Virus record (IMG/VR): IMGVR_UViG_3300012983_000046
Location: 6,406 to 70,405 of that record
Reading direction: 5' to 3' (one strand)
DNA from: a virus
Taxonomy: Duplodnaviria; Caudoviricetes
DNA length: 64,000 nt
This document shows, piece after piece, positions 25,489-36,671 of this stretch (its first letter is position 1; each line of letters begins with the position of its first letter). The position numbers and the translations under genes are program-made. Below the pieces are notes generated by a model that saw nothing but the letters and a program-made list of their open reading frames with translations, was not told the origin of the DNA and did no database searches.

Positions 25489-28323
25489 TTGGCTGGTAAT
25501 TTAACCCCTGAGGCTTTAAGCCGATTTACTGCTAATATTTCTGCAGCAAAAGAACTTGATGAACGTCAACTTGAAATTATTGAAAAACTTATAAAAAAAG
25601 AAAATGAACTACATCAAGTTCGTATGGGAAACTTGAGAACATACCATAAAGAATATATTCGATTAAATAAAGACATTGCTCGTAGGGGAAGTGATTTACC
25701 TGAACCCTACTTAATTTTAGAGGGTTTAGCTAATAGTTCAGAGTACAAAAAAGGAAAGACTCCACAAGCTAAAAAAAATTCATCTTCTTCAAAAACTAAA
25801 AAAACAAAAACAGAAGATTTCGGAGCAGGCAGAAACTTTTCTGGAGACACTATTAACTTAGGACCTACAGAAGAAGAAATAGATACCGAAACTAAGATGC
25901 GTGAGGCTGCTCTAAAATTTATTAGTAATATTTCTAAAGACTTATTAAAAGAAGACGCTGAGTACGAAGAAGCTTTACAGGAACGTACTGCACGTAAATC
26001 TCAAGCTACTGCAGAGGCTTATGCTGCACTTAAAAAACGACATCTTGACAAGGCTGCACTAGAAGCTGAAACACAAGAAAAACGCTTACTAGATTTAGGC
26101 CTTCAAAGAGCCGCTGCGGTGGCTGATGCTCAATATAAAGCTGCAGATATAAGAAAAAGTTTTGGAGCTGAGCTTGACGCTACTGGTGATTTTCTTGAAG
26201 CGTTTGCTTTAAACCGCCCGCTAGAAAATGATGCTGAATTAGAAGCGAAACTGATAGCAGAGTTAAAAGCTAAATATGACCAAGAGCTACTCGAAGCTGA
26301 ATATAAAATTAGACGAGAGCAAAATGGTGAGCTTGACGAAGAGCAGTATAAAGCAGAGCTTGAGCGTCTTAATGCAAAATATAAAAAAGAGTTAAATAAT
26401 TTAGATAAGTTAAAGGCAAAAGAATATGAAGCTGATAGAAAAAATAAAGCAAAACTAGCAGCTGAAGAAAGAGCTCGTGATATTGAAGCTCTAAGTAAAG
26501 GAAAAACTTCCGAACGAGTAGAAGCTCTAAAAAAATTAACCTCAGATAAAGATGGTAATTTTAGTAAGACGAATACTATTGTAGCAGCTCTAGAGGCTTC
26601 TGCTAAAATGCTAAGTGACCTAGCAAAGCAACTAGAAGCTAAAATAGATAAAATTGCTGAATTTCAAGGAGATATTGACACTCGTTTGCAGGGGTCTGCT
26701 AATGAAAAATTTGCAGGTTCTTATTGGCAACAGCTAACACGAGATATGATGAGTGTTGGAGCTATCACGCCTTTCTTCAAACAAGAGACTTTTGCTGAAA
26801 ATATCCGAAAACTTGTTGGTCAAGGTATTTCTTTTGATTTGAAACAACGAGCTTTCTTAATGACTATTCAAGAGAAAATTGCAACAACTTTTGATGTAGC
26901 TGATGGAACTCTTCTTAGGCTCATTAGAATTCAACAAGAAGACTCTACTGCCGGGCGTTTAGGTATGGAGTCCGCTTTAAATACATTTTTAAATAGCATG
27001 TATGAAAATACAGAATATTTAAATAATGTAGCAAAAAGCGTAAAAAGTAGTTTAGAAGAAATGGAAGCGCTCTTAAGTGGTGCTCAGGCTGCAGAAATTG
27101 AGTATCAAGTGCAAAAATGGATGGGCTCACTATATTCTGTAGGTATGTCAGATAGTGCTGTTTCTAGCATTGCAAATGCACTCGGCTTAATTGGATCTGG
27201 TCAATTAGAAGGTATCACCGGAGGAGGAGCTGGTAATTTAGTAATAATGTCTGCAAGTAATGCAGGATTATCTATTGCCGACATCCTAACAGATGGTTTA
27301 TCTTCAGAAGACACTAATAAGTTACTGCAAGCGATGGTAGACTATTTAGCTAAAATTGCTGATTCTACCTCAGGTAATCAGGTAGTACAGCAGCAATTAG
27401 CTAATGTATTTGGAGTAAAAGCATCCGATCTTCGTGCTGCCACAAATCTAGCCTCTCAAAAGTCTACCAAAGTTATTGCTGGTCAATCACTAACTTATGA
27501 TCAAATGCTTGCACAATTAAACAATATGGCAGGCACGATGTATAAACGTACAAGTATGAGTGAAATGATGACAAATATTTGGGAAAATGCTCAGTACTCT
27601 TTAGCAAGTGGTGTTGCAAATAATCCAGTATCTTACTTAATATATAAGATGGCTTCACTCTTAGATTCAGCTGTTGGAGGCATTGACTTACCTTTTGTAA
27701 ACGTTTATGGTTTTGGTGTTGACTTAAATACTACTGTGGCTGACCTGATGAGAGTTGCTTCTTTAGGCACAGGCATATTAGCTAATCTAGGTCCAATGGT
27801 TAGTGGTTTAGCAAATTCTTTCAGTGGTGCAAACATGCTTGCCCAGATGGGTATTAGTACTGGATCAGGCTTAGCAGTAACCCCTAGAGGAGCGGGAGTA
27901 ATTAGTTCAGCTATGAGCCTTAAAGCAGGCGGACGTAGCACCTCAAGTTCTGGCTATGTAGGAAACGCTAACGGTAGTGATATTAAAAATTCTACTATAC
28001 AAGAAGCAGAAGATACAAAAAATGCTGAAATGGTTGAGGCTCAAGAAGAACAAGAAAATAATCATATAATAATGATAAATGAAAATACTTTAAAAATATA
28101 CGAATTAATTCGTGATGTTACTCAAGGTAAAGCTACCTTTAAAGTAAAAGTAGTAGACTATGGCTTAACTACTCACGGTAATGGTAGTGGTAATCCTAAT
28201 GCAGGCGTTGATGGAATTGCACGATTAGCTGCTAGAGCTGCTTCGAGTGCCGGAGGTTATGCAGGAAACATCACAAGTAATCCAGGAGCCGGAACAGATT
28301 TGGGTGGTTGGGTTACTTACTAA
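25489..28323 (+). CDS. Tape measure protein
   Basis: 944 aa, helical Ala/Leu/Lys-rich, Gly-rich C-terminus; TTG start with AAGGAGG; follows chaperone genes. Confidence 0.8.
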   Translation: MAGNLTPEALSRFTANISAAKELDERQLEIIEKLIKKENELHQVRMGNLRTYHKEYIRLNKDIARRGSDLPEPYLILEGLANSSEYKKGKTPQAKKNSSSSKTKKTKTEDFGAGRNFSGDTINLGPTEEEIDTETKMREAALKFISNISKDLLKEDAEYEEALQERTARKSQATAEAYAALKKRHLDKAALEAETQEKRLLDLGLQRAAAVADAQYKAADIRKSFGAELDATGDFLEAFALNRPLENDAELEAKLIAELKAKYDQELLEAEYKIRREQNGELDEEQYKAELERLNAKYKKELNNLDKLKAKEYEADRKNKAKLAAEERARDIEALSKGKTSERVEALKKLTSDKDGNFSKTNTIVAALEASAKMLSDLAKQLEAKIDKIAEFQGDIDTRLQGSANEKFAGSYWQQLTRDMMSVGAITPFFKQETFAENIRKLVGQGISFDLKQRAFLMTIQEKIATTFDVADGTLLRLIRIQQEDSTAGRLGMESALNTFLNSMYENTEYLNNVAKSVKSSLEEMEALLSGAQAAEIEYQVQKWMGSLYSVGMSDSAVSSIANALGLIGSGQLEGITGGGAGNLVIMSASNAGLSIADILTDGLSSEDTNKLLQAMVDYLAKIADSTSGNQVVQQQLANVFGVKASDLRAATNLASQKSTKVIAGQSLTYDQMLAQLNNMAGTMYKRTSMSEMMTNIWENAQYSLASGVANNPVSYLIYKMASLLDSAVGGIDLPFVNVYGFGVDLNTTVADLMRVASLGTGILANLGPMVSGLANSFSGANMLAQMGISTGSGLAVTPRGAGVISSAMSLKAGGRSTSSSGYVGNANGSDIKNSTIQEAEDTKNAEMVEAQEEQENNHIIMINENTLKIYELIRDVTQGKATFKVKVVDYGLTTHGNGSGNPNAGVDGIARLAARAASSAGGYAGNITSNPGAGTDLGGWVTY

Positions 28324-28344
28324 GTAAAAGGAAGGTATAATTAA

Positions 28345-29985
28345 ATGTTTAGTTTTGACAATACACATATATTTACTGGATATTTGAAGCAGCTCTTAGG
28401 CTCTACGTACCTTCCTGACTGCAAAATTTACACAAAAGAATTTGCAGACTACTTTGAAACACATGGCTACGAAGATCCTAGAGTTGTAGAATCTTTTGAC
28501 ACACTAAGTGAACAGCGTCTTGCGTCAAGAACTACTTATTTAAAAAATAATTCACTGGTTAATTATTTTTGGCAGCCTAATTCTACTAAAAACTTTCCTT
28601 CATGGAAGCATATGTCAAAGAAACTATATGTAGAAGGTGAGCCTATATATGGGCTTACTAAAACCTTAAAATCACATAGTAATTTTTATGACCGTAAGAC
28701 ACATGAATATTTAGGTGACTATCTTCGTTTCATCCGAGACTACTATAATATAGATCTTATGTCAATGTATAATTGTTTTTCTAATAGAATAGTTAATAAT
28801 TTATACTTTAAAGCAGATGCTACGACCACTAATACTATAGAAGAAAATGGTAATATTAAAAGTCAAGCCTTCCCGGCTCTTGAATTCAGTTCTTATGATT
28901 CTCGTTATAGAATATATGCAGTTCCAGTAAAACTTTTTGCAAACTATACTATTGCTATTGATAGCTACCAAGGCGTAGAACTTTTTTGCGGCTTTTATAA
29001 TACTAAGTTAGATGGTTCAAAACGAGGAACAGACCTAATAAGGCGAAGCTATAGAAAATTAAATAAAACTAGTTTTAATCGGCCTTTTTTATATAATGGT
29101 TTGGATGTTCAATTTTGGAATTATTACAAAGATACAGCTCTGGTAAGAGTACCAGGCAAAGAAACACCGCAAAAAGCTTTTTTGACTGACTCAATAGCTA
29201 CTAGATGGGATATTCTGGCACGCGAATCTGACTTAAAATTATTTATTAAGGTTCCAAGCTCTTGTGATTCCTCTATTACTATTTTAGAAGGTAATTATAT
29301 TTCTTATAATGACTTTTCGTACAAACCACAGGCAGTAAAAAAAGCTGAAAATAGTCACAGTGCGGTAACTTGGTCTTTTGAGCAGAATAAATGGATAACA
29401 AATTTTCAAGAGGACCTTTCTCGTAATATTATCGAAAAAATAAATCCAAAGACACAACAAATAGAACGAACTATTACAGAACAAATTATTCCAAATTTAA
29501 ACGACAGACCATTTAAACCTATCAATCGTTTACAATTGTTGGCTTATAACACTAAAGAGTCTTATCCTTTTGCAGACCGATTAGTAGAATATCTAGTTGG
29601 TAGTGTTATTACACCGGAAGATGAAATACCAGACAATATTAAAAGGGCTCAAAAAGTAATGACACAAAATGGTTATTTCTTTAGTATTCCTGGACTTTGG
29701 GAACCTAAAATGCAAAAAATCGCCTATGATTATGTGATGAACACAGGTCCAATTACAATAAGTAATAGAGAATTGGTTGACCAAGGAAGAGGAAAGCATC
29801 CAAAGCTAGGACACAATGCTAAGTATAATTTATTTGATTTATTAGGCTATATAGATAAAGATGTAGAAAAGTGGTATGCAAGCTGGAAACTTACTCCTAT
29901 AAGGCCTAATAGCTCAACATTAACTACCACTACGGTAGATACAATTCAAAATGTAGATATTTATGATGGCTTATATGATATATGA
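28345..29985 (+). CDS. Hypothetical protein (probable baseplate component)
   Basis: 546-aa ORF in tape measure-baseplate operon. Confidence 0.7.
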   Translation: MFSFDNTHIFTGYLKQLLGSTYLPDCKIYTKEFADYFETHGYEDPRVVESFDTLSEQRLASRTTYLKNNSLVNYFWQPNSTKNFPSWKHMSKKLYVEGEPIYGLTKTLKSHSNFYDRKTHEYLGDYLRFIRDYYNIDLMSMYNCFSNRIVNNLYFKADATTTNTIEENGNIKSQAFPALEFSSYDSRYRIYAVPVKLFANYTIAIDSYQGVELFCGFYNTKLDGSKRGTDLIRRSYRKLNKTSFNRPFLYNGLDVQFWNYYKDTALVRVPGKETPQKAFLTDSIATRWDILARESDLKLFIKVPSSCDSSITILEGNYISYNDFSYKPQAVKKAENSHSAVTWSFEQNKWITNFQEDLSRNIIEKINPKTQQIERTITEQIIPNLNDRPFKPINRLQLLAYNTKESYPFADRLVEYLVGSVITPEDEIPDNIKRAQKVMTQNGYFFSIPGLWEPKMQKIAYDYVMNTGPITISNRELVDQGRGKHPKLGHNAKYNLFDLLGYIDKDVEKWYASWKLTPIRPNSSTLTTTTVDTIQNVDIYDGLYDI

Positions 29986-29998
29986 GAGGTGACCTATA

Positions 29999-30583
29999 AT
30001 GACAGACCCTAGTATAGTTGATCGTATTTTACCTGATTGCTATATATACATATCGCATTTAGATGAAGACTATCAATACTGGCGACTTCCTTGTTATCCT
30101 GATACACTTACAGACTCAATGGAATCTAATTTTTCTTCAACAACAGCTTTAGGCAGATCAGCTCCTGTTTATACTTTTAGTAGTGCAGGTCCAAGAACTA
30201 TTAGCTTGACACTAAGATTTCACAGAGATATGTTTGAAGAAGATATTTATAGCAATGTAGTTCCTAGAGATGGTGAAGATAGAGCAGATTGTTTTATTCG
30301 AGCGCTACAAGCTATATCTGTACCTAAGTATAACTTATCTAATAAAGCTATTGAACCTCCCCTTGTCTCAGTAAGATTAGGCACAGAAGTTTTTATAAAA
30401 GGTGTAGTATCATCTTCTGTTAGTGTTACTTATAGTAAACCAATACTCTCAAATGAAAAGTATGCTGGAATTGAAATAAGCTTCACTATTTCAGAAGTTG
30501 ACCCTTATGATGCATCTACTGTTTTTAAAAATGGGTCTTTCAGAGGCCTTGTTGCTACCTTAAGGCAAGGTATGAATTATTAA
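29999..30583 (+). CDS. Tube-initiator-like baseplate protein (gp48/gp54-like)
   Basis: PCYPDTLTDS...GRSAPVYTFSSAGPRTISLTLRF...VSVTY...ISFTISEV pattern. Confidence 0.55.
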   Translation: MTDPSIVDRILPDCYIYISHLDEDYQYWRLPCYPDTLTDSMESNFSSTTALGRSAPVYTFSSAGPRTISLTLRFHRDMFEEDIYSNVVPRDGEDRADCFIRALQAISVPKYNLSNKAIEPPLVSVRLGTEVFIKGVVSSSVSVTYSKPILSNEKYAGIEISFTISEVDPYDASTVFKNGSFRGLVATLRQGMNY

Positions 30584-30593
30584 GGAGGTTAAA

Positions 30594-30923
30594 GTGGATA
30601 CTTTAATAAATAAAAATTTTGCTTCATTTAATTATCTAAGCAGATATATCAATACACCTTATTACTACGATACCCTAGAAGGCAGAGAAGTATTTGGCAT
30701 TGGTACAAACTTAAAAAATAACACAGAGTTTGTATCACATAAAGTAAAAAATAATGATACCTTAGAAGCATTAGCTCTAAAATACTACAATAATCCGATG
30801 TTTTGGTGGGTCATTGCATATTTTAATGATATTCCTGATGCTTTTATACATTTAAGCGAAAAATATACGGTATTAAAAATTCCTAGTATTTCTAGTGTGG
30901 AATTTGGAAGGATTAATAAATGA
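30594..30923 (+). CDS. LysM-like baseplate wedge protein (gp53/gpX-like)
   Basis: HKVKNNDTLEALALKYYNNPMFWWVIAYFNDI...VLKIP. Confidence 0.75.
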   Translation: MDTLINKNFASFNYLSRYINTPYYYDTLEGREVFGIGTNLKNNTEFVSHKVKNNDTLEALALKYYNNPMFWWVIAYFNDIPDAFIHLSEKYTVLKIPSISSVEFGRINK

Positions 30924-32194
30924 ACGAATCTAAATATAAAAGTTTGCTCTCTAGCCAGGCTAGAGTACAAGTGCCTTGGATTAAAGTTACTATAGGCGAA
31001 TATACCTTTGGTATTTTTGATGATCAAACCAAATTGTGGAGCAACTCTGCTGATGGTTTTTATGACCGCTATGAGGTACAGTATCCTCAATATATGCACT
31101 CGCTAAATATTATAAAAATTAATGGACAAGTAAATACTTATAGATTAGAAATATACTATCCAGTTTCACATTTGGACGACCCCAATTTTTTTGAAAAAGT
31201 TTTTTCAAGCGTTAGTAAAACTAGAAAAATTCTTTTTACTTATGGTGATGCCGAAAACCCTGCCTATATTTATAAAAATGAAGAAGCAATAATTACATCT
31301 ATAAGCCAAAGCTTTGATTTGCCTAATAGTGTTATTCAATATACAGTACAGGCAGTGTCAAGTGCTGCGCTCTCTACTGATGGTAGCATTACTATGCCAG
31401 CTCCCAGTAAGAAAGTCAAACCCAGTGATGAAATTAAAAAACTTTTTAAAAATAATAAAAGTCTTCAAAATACTTTTACTGGTATGTCAGTAGCAGATTT
31501 AGACTCTCTTATAGCAGGCGATGATGCAGAAGTTGAAATAGAATCTAAAATTAATATTTCAGCAATAGATTATATCAATTATCTAGCTGGCTGTATGGTG
31601 CCTTCCGGTTCTGCACCAGGATTAAGTAAAGATATTTATATATTAACATTTTATGATGATACTGTTTCAAATGCTGATAGAAATAAGAGCAAAAAAGGCC
31701 CTTATTTTAAGGTAACTAAAACCTCTACTGTAATGGAACATAGTGAAGCTTATGAAGTTGATATTGGTATTAATACGTCAACTATTGTTAGAAATTTCCA
31801 AATAGAACATAACGATAATTACTCTATTTACTATGACTATCAAAATGTAAATCATCCAGAACAGTATGTTAGACGCATAAATAATGAAGGCGAATGGGAA
31901 GATGTTTTTGCTCCTACTAGCATGGCACGAAGTAACCGATACTCTACTACAGCGAGTGACCAAGTCTGGTGGACAAAAGTAACGCAATTCCCTATAAATG
32001 CTACTATAACTGTACAAGGTTTATTAAGACCCGCAACTCTTATGCAATATTTAAGACTTAATGTTATTTTCCCAGGGGGACAGAAACATTTATCAAGTGG
32101 TCTTTACATAGTAACTCGTCAGGTAGATAATATTGATGCGAGTGGTTATACTACTCAATTATCATTAACCAGAATAAATGGTGATAATAACTAA
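30920..32194 (+). CDS. Baseplate hub protein (gp27/gpD-like)
   Basis: C-terminal ATITVQG...LRLNVIF...SGLYIVTRQVDNIDASGYTTQLSLTR. Confidence 0.65.
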   Translation: MNESKYKSLLSSQARVQVPWIKVTIGEYTFGIFDDQTKLWSNSADGFYDRYEVQYPQYMHSLNIIKINGQVNTYRLEIYYPVSHLDDPNFFEKVFSSVSKTRKILFTYGDAENPAYIYKNEEAIITSISQSFDLPNSVIQYTVQAVSSAALSTDGSITMPAPSKKVKPSDEIKKLFKNNKSLQNTFTGMSVADLDSLIAGDDAEVEIESKINISAIDYINYLAGCMVPSGSAPGLSKDIYILTFYDDTVSNADRNKSKKGPYFKVTKTSTVMEHSEAYEVDIGINTSTIVRNFQIEHNDNYSIYYDYQNVNHPEQYVRRINNEGEWEDVFAPTSMARSNRYSTTASDQVWWTKVTQFPINATITVQGLLRPATLMQYLRLNVIFPGGQKHLSSGLYIVTRQVDNIDASGYTTQLSLTRINGDNN

Positions 32195-32230
32195 AAGAAA
32201 TAAGTAGGCTTAAGCCTACTTATTTCTTTT
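32193..32230 (+). terminator. Perfect 38-bp palindrome/terminator
   Basis: aaaagaaataagtaggcttaagcctacttatttctttt. Confidence 0.85.
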
Positions 32231-32242
32231 TTAATGTTTATT

Positions 32243-32252
32243 TGCTAAATTA
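32243..32252 (+). promoter_or_regulatory. Putative late promoter TGCTAAATTA (copy 8)
   Basis: Heads the first tail-fibre operon. Confidence 0.7.
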
Positions 32253-32280
32253 TATAGACAAAAATTAAGGAGGCTTATCA

Positions 32281-32658
32281 ATGACAAATGCAGGCCTTTT
32301 ACAAAATGTAAAACCTCTAAGTCCAGAACAAATAATTCAACTAGAAGATCAAATATTAGCTAATAACGGCTTTGCTTTTTATTTAGAACCAGATGGTAAA
32401 ATAGTGCTTGCTACTGGTTGTTGGCCAATTTCTTCAGAAATTAAAGATATAGCTTGGGATAAGCTAAAACTTTTAACTACACATGAAATAAAAGAACTAA
32501 AAGAAGAGTATTTAAGAACCGCAGGAACTGATTGGGTCTTTAATAAAGCCTATTATAGAAATGTCGGCGAGCCTGAATGGCGCCTAATAGTACCCAAAGA
32601 CACTTCTTTACTTGGAAGAGCTTTATTAGGAAACATGAATTTAGGAAGAAGGTATTAA
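32281..32658 (+). CDS. Hypothetical protein
   Basis: 125-aa ORF with RBS aaggagg. Confidence 0.7.
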   Translation: MTNAGLLQNVKPLSPEQIIQLEDQILANNGFAFYLEPDGKIVLATGCWPISSEIKDIAWDKLKLLTTHEIKELKEEYLRTAGTDWVFNKAYYRNVGEPEWRLIVPKDTSLLGRALLGNMNLGRRY

Positions 32659-32662
32659 TGTA

Positions 32663-35600
32663 ATGTCTTATATAAAACAAAACTGGGCTGAAATGCAGGC
32701 AGGTGAAATTCCTGTTGAAGCTAAGCATTTAGAGCATGTAGAAAAAGGCTTAGCTGATGTTATTGATAAAGTTGGCTCTGTAGTTACTCAAGAAACTATT
32801 ACTTGGCATGATTCAACTTTTGAAATACCCAAAAATGAAAAATTTCTTATCACTGCAGTAGATCAAATTCCCTTAGAAGAAAATAGAGCATATAAAGTAA
32901 TTCTTACAGACTTAGAAGGTACTGAAGCGGCTTATGAACTTTCTTTAATTGAAAGTGAGAGTTTAGGTACTACTGCCGGATATAAAAGTTTATACTATGG
33001 AGACTTCCATCTAGGTGGAAATTCTGGATTTGCACTTATCCAAGACGGAATTGGGGTACGCAAAGACCTATCTATTGAAGCGGCTCCTGGTAAAACAGGC
33101 ATTACTCTTGCTGGTTATAAAAAAGTAGTCATTGAAAAAACACACTTTACTACAGAAGTAAAAAAGTCTATTGTACAAAATGAAGAGTACGCAAGAGTTA
33201 GTCAAACAGACTTTGACTGCACTGATGAAAATAGCAGTGCTTTTTTAAAAAACAAACCCTTTGGAAAAAGTTCTAAAATAATAACTTATACAGACTTACC
33301 TCTTGTTGAACCTGTTGACCCAGAACAACCTTGGATAAGCACAGACATAACCTTAAATATTAATAGTGAAAAGCCTTACAGTCTTCAAATTGTAAATCCT
33401 CAAGATGAGTCCATTTTAATTGAAGTACCATTAAAATATTATACTATCAAGGAATTAGTATCTGAGAAAGACTTAGAAAAAATTTCAAAAAACCTTCTTG
33501 GCTGTCCAGTACTATGCCTTGAAGAAGGGGATAGTAACCTTCCTTTAATATATTGTGGATTTGATCCTGTAACTTCATCAGCTATTGAAGGAACTAGCTA
33601 TTTTATATTAGAGGGTCTTGTAGGAATGTGCTACCGAATAGACGGTACCATAGAGACAAAGATAGCTACATATAAAAAAATTCCAGCAATTTATCAAGAG
33701 TCTCCTGACTTTGAAGAGACTGATATAAACTCTGGAACTTATATAAAAAATTTACCGCTTAGAGTTAGCTTCTCAAACGAAATACTTTTTGAAGATGATA
33801 AGGTCTCAATAAGTAAATATGGTAGTACTCAAAGCAGTTACTCAGTTAATTTTAATCCCACTCTTAGTAAACCTTATAAGATTACGATTAATGATATTCA
33901 ATTCTCTGCAAGCTGTATTGTAAATACTTTAAATATAGCTGGTTATATATTAAAGTGTTATTACCTAGCCTGTCCTCTAGGCGCCTTTTATATTTTTAAT
34001 AAAGAATTCTTAATGGAATCTGGGCTTTATACCGCTGAAGACGCTACGAACGCTGACGGTATTTTAATAATACAGCTAAATGATAGTTTTAAAGATACTA
34101 CCGTTTCTATAAAAATTCAAGGTCCTAAAGCTAGCTATAAAAAATTAAATAATAAGTATTTACCATCATTACTGGTTGCGCCTGATAGTAAAAATGATAT
34201 TCAAATAGATTATATTGCAGGAGATTATTATTTTAGTACTCCAAATAATCAGACAGGGGGAGCAATCTCTGAAAAGTTAGATTTTTCAAATCTTAGCTTA
34301 AAGAGCAATAGCATAATAAATGCTTCTTTTGATAACAAGTTAAGCGTCGATATAGTACACACTTCTAATGATCTTCTTACTAACGAAGACCAAGATTACT
34401 TTTTAGGAAAGTATTTAATTGCATCAGAACAATCTTTTGATGGCGACTACGGATACTTTGAATATTGTGCACCAATATTAACAGCTATCGATGATGGATA
34501 TCTCTACGTCTTACCCAGTATACCTAAGGTATTTAAACTTGATTCACAAGGAATAAAAACCTTTTATGACTTGGCTAAATATGAACCTACCTGGAAAGAG
34601 TTTTTTTCTAGATTGTCTAGTTTTGATACAGTAAAAATAACACATGGTATTTACTACTCTAGATATAATTGGTATGATCGCATTGACATAATAGGTATCC
34701 CAGAATCGAATATAAGAAAAGGTTGTATATTAACCATTACAGGACTTGATGATGAAAAATCAGCCTTCTGTACATTTACTGATAATTATGACTGTATCGA
34801 GGCCTTGGACTATGGTACAGGTCATCCAAGGCTGGCTGTGAATCAATTTACGGGTAAAATTTATATTAATAAAAATGACTATATAAATAGCTTAGTCAGT
34901 AGTACAAAATATTTAACATATGACCTTCGTTATGCTAATTCTAAATACTATCAGCTTTTTCCAAAAAATACAACCGGTACTAACCTCTGTACAGTTACTG
35001 AGGTCGCAGGACACCGTTTTGCAGAGAGTTATTGTTATAGATACTTAGATGATACTGGAATAGAACACTGGTATACAAATGAATTGGGTACTTATGCTAC
35101 TGATTATACAGGCATCTCTAATGTTAAGCATACTAATTATATTAGTCTAAAATATTCTTATTTACCTTTTAAAGAATTTGATTATAAAATGGGTAATGAA
35201 TTTTTAACCTATACTGAAGAAGGTAATTTAATAACAAGAAACACAGAAGGCAAGATACTAGCAACCTATCCAGTAAAAGGACCAAAAATTAAAATTGATA
35301 ATAATAGCATTAGTCAATGGCACCTAATTATCGGAAAAAATTGTCTTTTTCTAATTAATAACATGCTTAGAGAGCGTATTTGGACGTGGGGAGAACGCCG
35401 TTGGCAAACAAATATCTATAGAATTGACAGAATTAATAATGAGTTTGTATTGACTAACTTAGACATGAAGTTTACTCCGAGCATGAGTCTTCAGGATGAC
35501 GAACAACGCTTAGTAGCAGCTCCAAGAGTACTGGGTAATTACTTATTCTTACCCACAGAATTTGGTCGTGATAGTCAAACTCAAGCTAAATATTTATTTT

Positions 35601-35764
35601 ACATGCCTCTGTACAAAACAGAAGCAAATATAATAAAAAGTCTAAATAAGCAACTAGACGAACTTAAAGAAAGCATAGAAATATCTTGGGATACTTTATT
35701 TATTTTCGATGGTGGCGATGCAGATTGTCAAGTTGCTGTTTTAGACGACACTAAATTACAATAA
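32663..35764 (+). CDS. Tail fibre-like protein
   Basis: N-terminal YIKQNW...LEHVEKGL motif; two D(F)xxTDxNSxx(Y/F)(I/L)KNxP motifs shared with other fibre genes. Confidence 0.65.
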   Translation: MSYIKQNWAEMQAGEIPVEAKHLEHVEKGLADVIDKVGSVVTQETITWHDSTFEIPKNEKFLITAVDQIPLEENRAYKVILTDLEGTEAAYELSLIESESLGTTAGYKSLYYGDFHLGGNSGFALIQDGIGVRKDLSIEAAPGKTGITLAGYKKVVIEKTHFTTEVKKSIVQNEEYARVSQTDFDCTDENSSAFLKNKPFGKSSKIITYTDLPLVEPVDPEQPWISTDITLNINSEKPYSLQIVNPQDESILIEVPLKYYTIKELVSEKDLEKISKNLLGCPVLCLEEGDSNLPLIYCGFDPVTSSAIEGTSYFILEGLVGMCYRIDGTIETKIATYKKIPAIYQESPDFEETDINSGTYIKNLPLRVSFSNEILFEDDKVSISKYGSTQSSYSVNFNPTLSKPYKITINDIQFSASCIVNTLNIAGYILKCYYLACPLGAFYIFNKEFLMESGLYTAEDATNADGILIIQLNDSFKDTTVSIKIQGPKASYKKLNNKYLPSLLVAPDSKNDIQIDYIAGDYYFSTPNNQTGGAISEKLDFSNLSLKSNSIINASFDNKLSVDIVHTSNDLLTNEDQDYFLGKYLIASEQSFDGDYGYFEYCAPILTAIDDGYLYVLPSIPKVFKLDSQGIKTFYDLAKYEPTWKEFFSRLSSFDTVKITHGIYYSRYNWYDRIDIIGIPESNIRKGCILTITGLDDEKSAFCTFTDNYDCIEALDYGTGHPRLAVNQFTGKIYINKNDYINSLVSSTKYLTYDLRYANSKYYQLFPKNTTGTNLCTVTEVAGHRFAESYCYRYLDDTGIEHWYTNELGTYATDYTGISNVKHTNYISLKYSYLPFKEFDYKMGNEFLTYTEEGNLITRNTEGKILATYPVKGPKIKIDNNSISQWHLIIGKNCLFLINNMLRERIWTWGERRWQTNIYRIDRINNEFVLTNLDMKFTPSMSLQDDEQRLVAAPRVLGNYLFLPTEFGRDSQTQAKYLFYMPLYKTEANIIKSLNKQLDELKESIEISWDTLFIFDGGDADCQVAVLDDTKLQ

Positions 35765-35775
35765 GGAGATTTATT

Positions 35776-36594
35776 ATGTACGAAAAACAAGGTTTTTTTT
35801 CAGGTCAAGCTTTAAAAGCATCTCAATTAAATACAATGGAAGAGGGTATTGTAGAGGCTCAAAAAGCTAGTTCTAATGTAGAAATGGGAACTGGTACAGA
35901 AAGCGTTCAACAAAAACCACGCATGGAAAAAATGACTACACCTACATCTACTGGAAAATTTTATTTAAAGTTTCCTGCAGATCAAAATCCAGGAGTAGAA
36001 ATGGCCACAGAGCAACCTTACGGCGCAACTGGAGATTATTCTGCTTCATTTTGTGGGCGTAGCAGCGCACAAGGTAAGCACTCTATGGCAATTGGTAATA
36101 GTACGGTAGCAACAGGTGAGGAAAGCTTTGCTCAAGGTTATACGTCTGTGGCTGCAGGTGCTTCAGCTTTTGCTGGAGGCTCTGGTACCTATGCTCAAGG
36201 AGAAGCTGCTATTTCTTCTGGTCTTCAAACTCAAGCTCTTGGTAATTATAGTTGCGCCGGAGGAGCTAGAACAGTTGCTAGTGGTGAACTAAGTCAAACT
36301 ACTGGAATCGATACTATTGCTGAAGGATACGCTTCTAGCGCTAATGGTCAAGGGACTGTTGCTGACCAAAATGCTCAATTTGTTGTTGGTAGATATAATG
36401 TGCCAAGAGAAGGCAGTGTATTCCAAGTTGGGGCAGGTAATTCTGTAGATGAGAAAATTACAGGTTTAGATGTTCTCCAAGGAGGCGAAGTTATAATTTA
36501 TTGGAATGATAATTATTATAGCCTAAACTTAATATTAAATATTATTAGTAACACGCTTGGTGGGCCTTCGGCTTTTGATGATGCAAAAAAATAA
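35776..36594 (+). CDS. Tail fibre protein with YadA/Hep_Hag-like 14-aa repeats
   Basis: N-terminal YEKQGF...LNTMEEGI; repeats such as SFAQGYTSVAAGAS. Confidence 0.7.
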   Translation: MYEKQGFFSGQALKASQLNTMEEGIVEAQKASSNVEMGTGTESVQQKPRMEKMTTPTSTGKFYLKFPADQNPGVEMATEQPYGATGDYSASFCGRSSAQGKHSMAIGNSTVATGEESFAQGYTSVAAGASAFAGGSGTYAQGEAAISSGLQTQALGNYSCAGGARTVASGELSQTTGIDTIAEGYASSANGQGTVADQNAQFVVGRYNVPREGSVFQVGAGNSVDEKITGLDVLQGGEVIIYWNDNYYSLNLILNIISNTLGGPSAFDDAKK

Positions 36595-36602
36595 AAAGTA
36601 TA

Positions 36603-36629
36603 AGGCAAGTCTGAAAAGATGACTTGCCT
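36603..36629 (+). terminator. Hairpin, possible weak terminator
   Basis: aggcaagtc-9 nt-gacttgcct; poor T-tract. Confidence 0.4.
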
Positions 36630-36671
36630 ATTCTCTAAAATTTGAAATTGATAATTTAAAAGGAGAATAAT

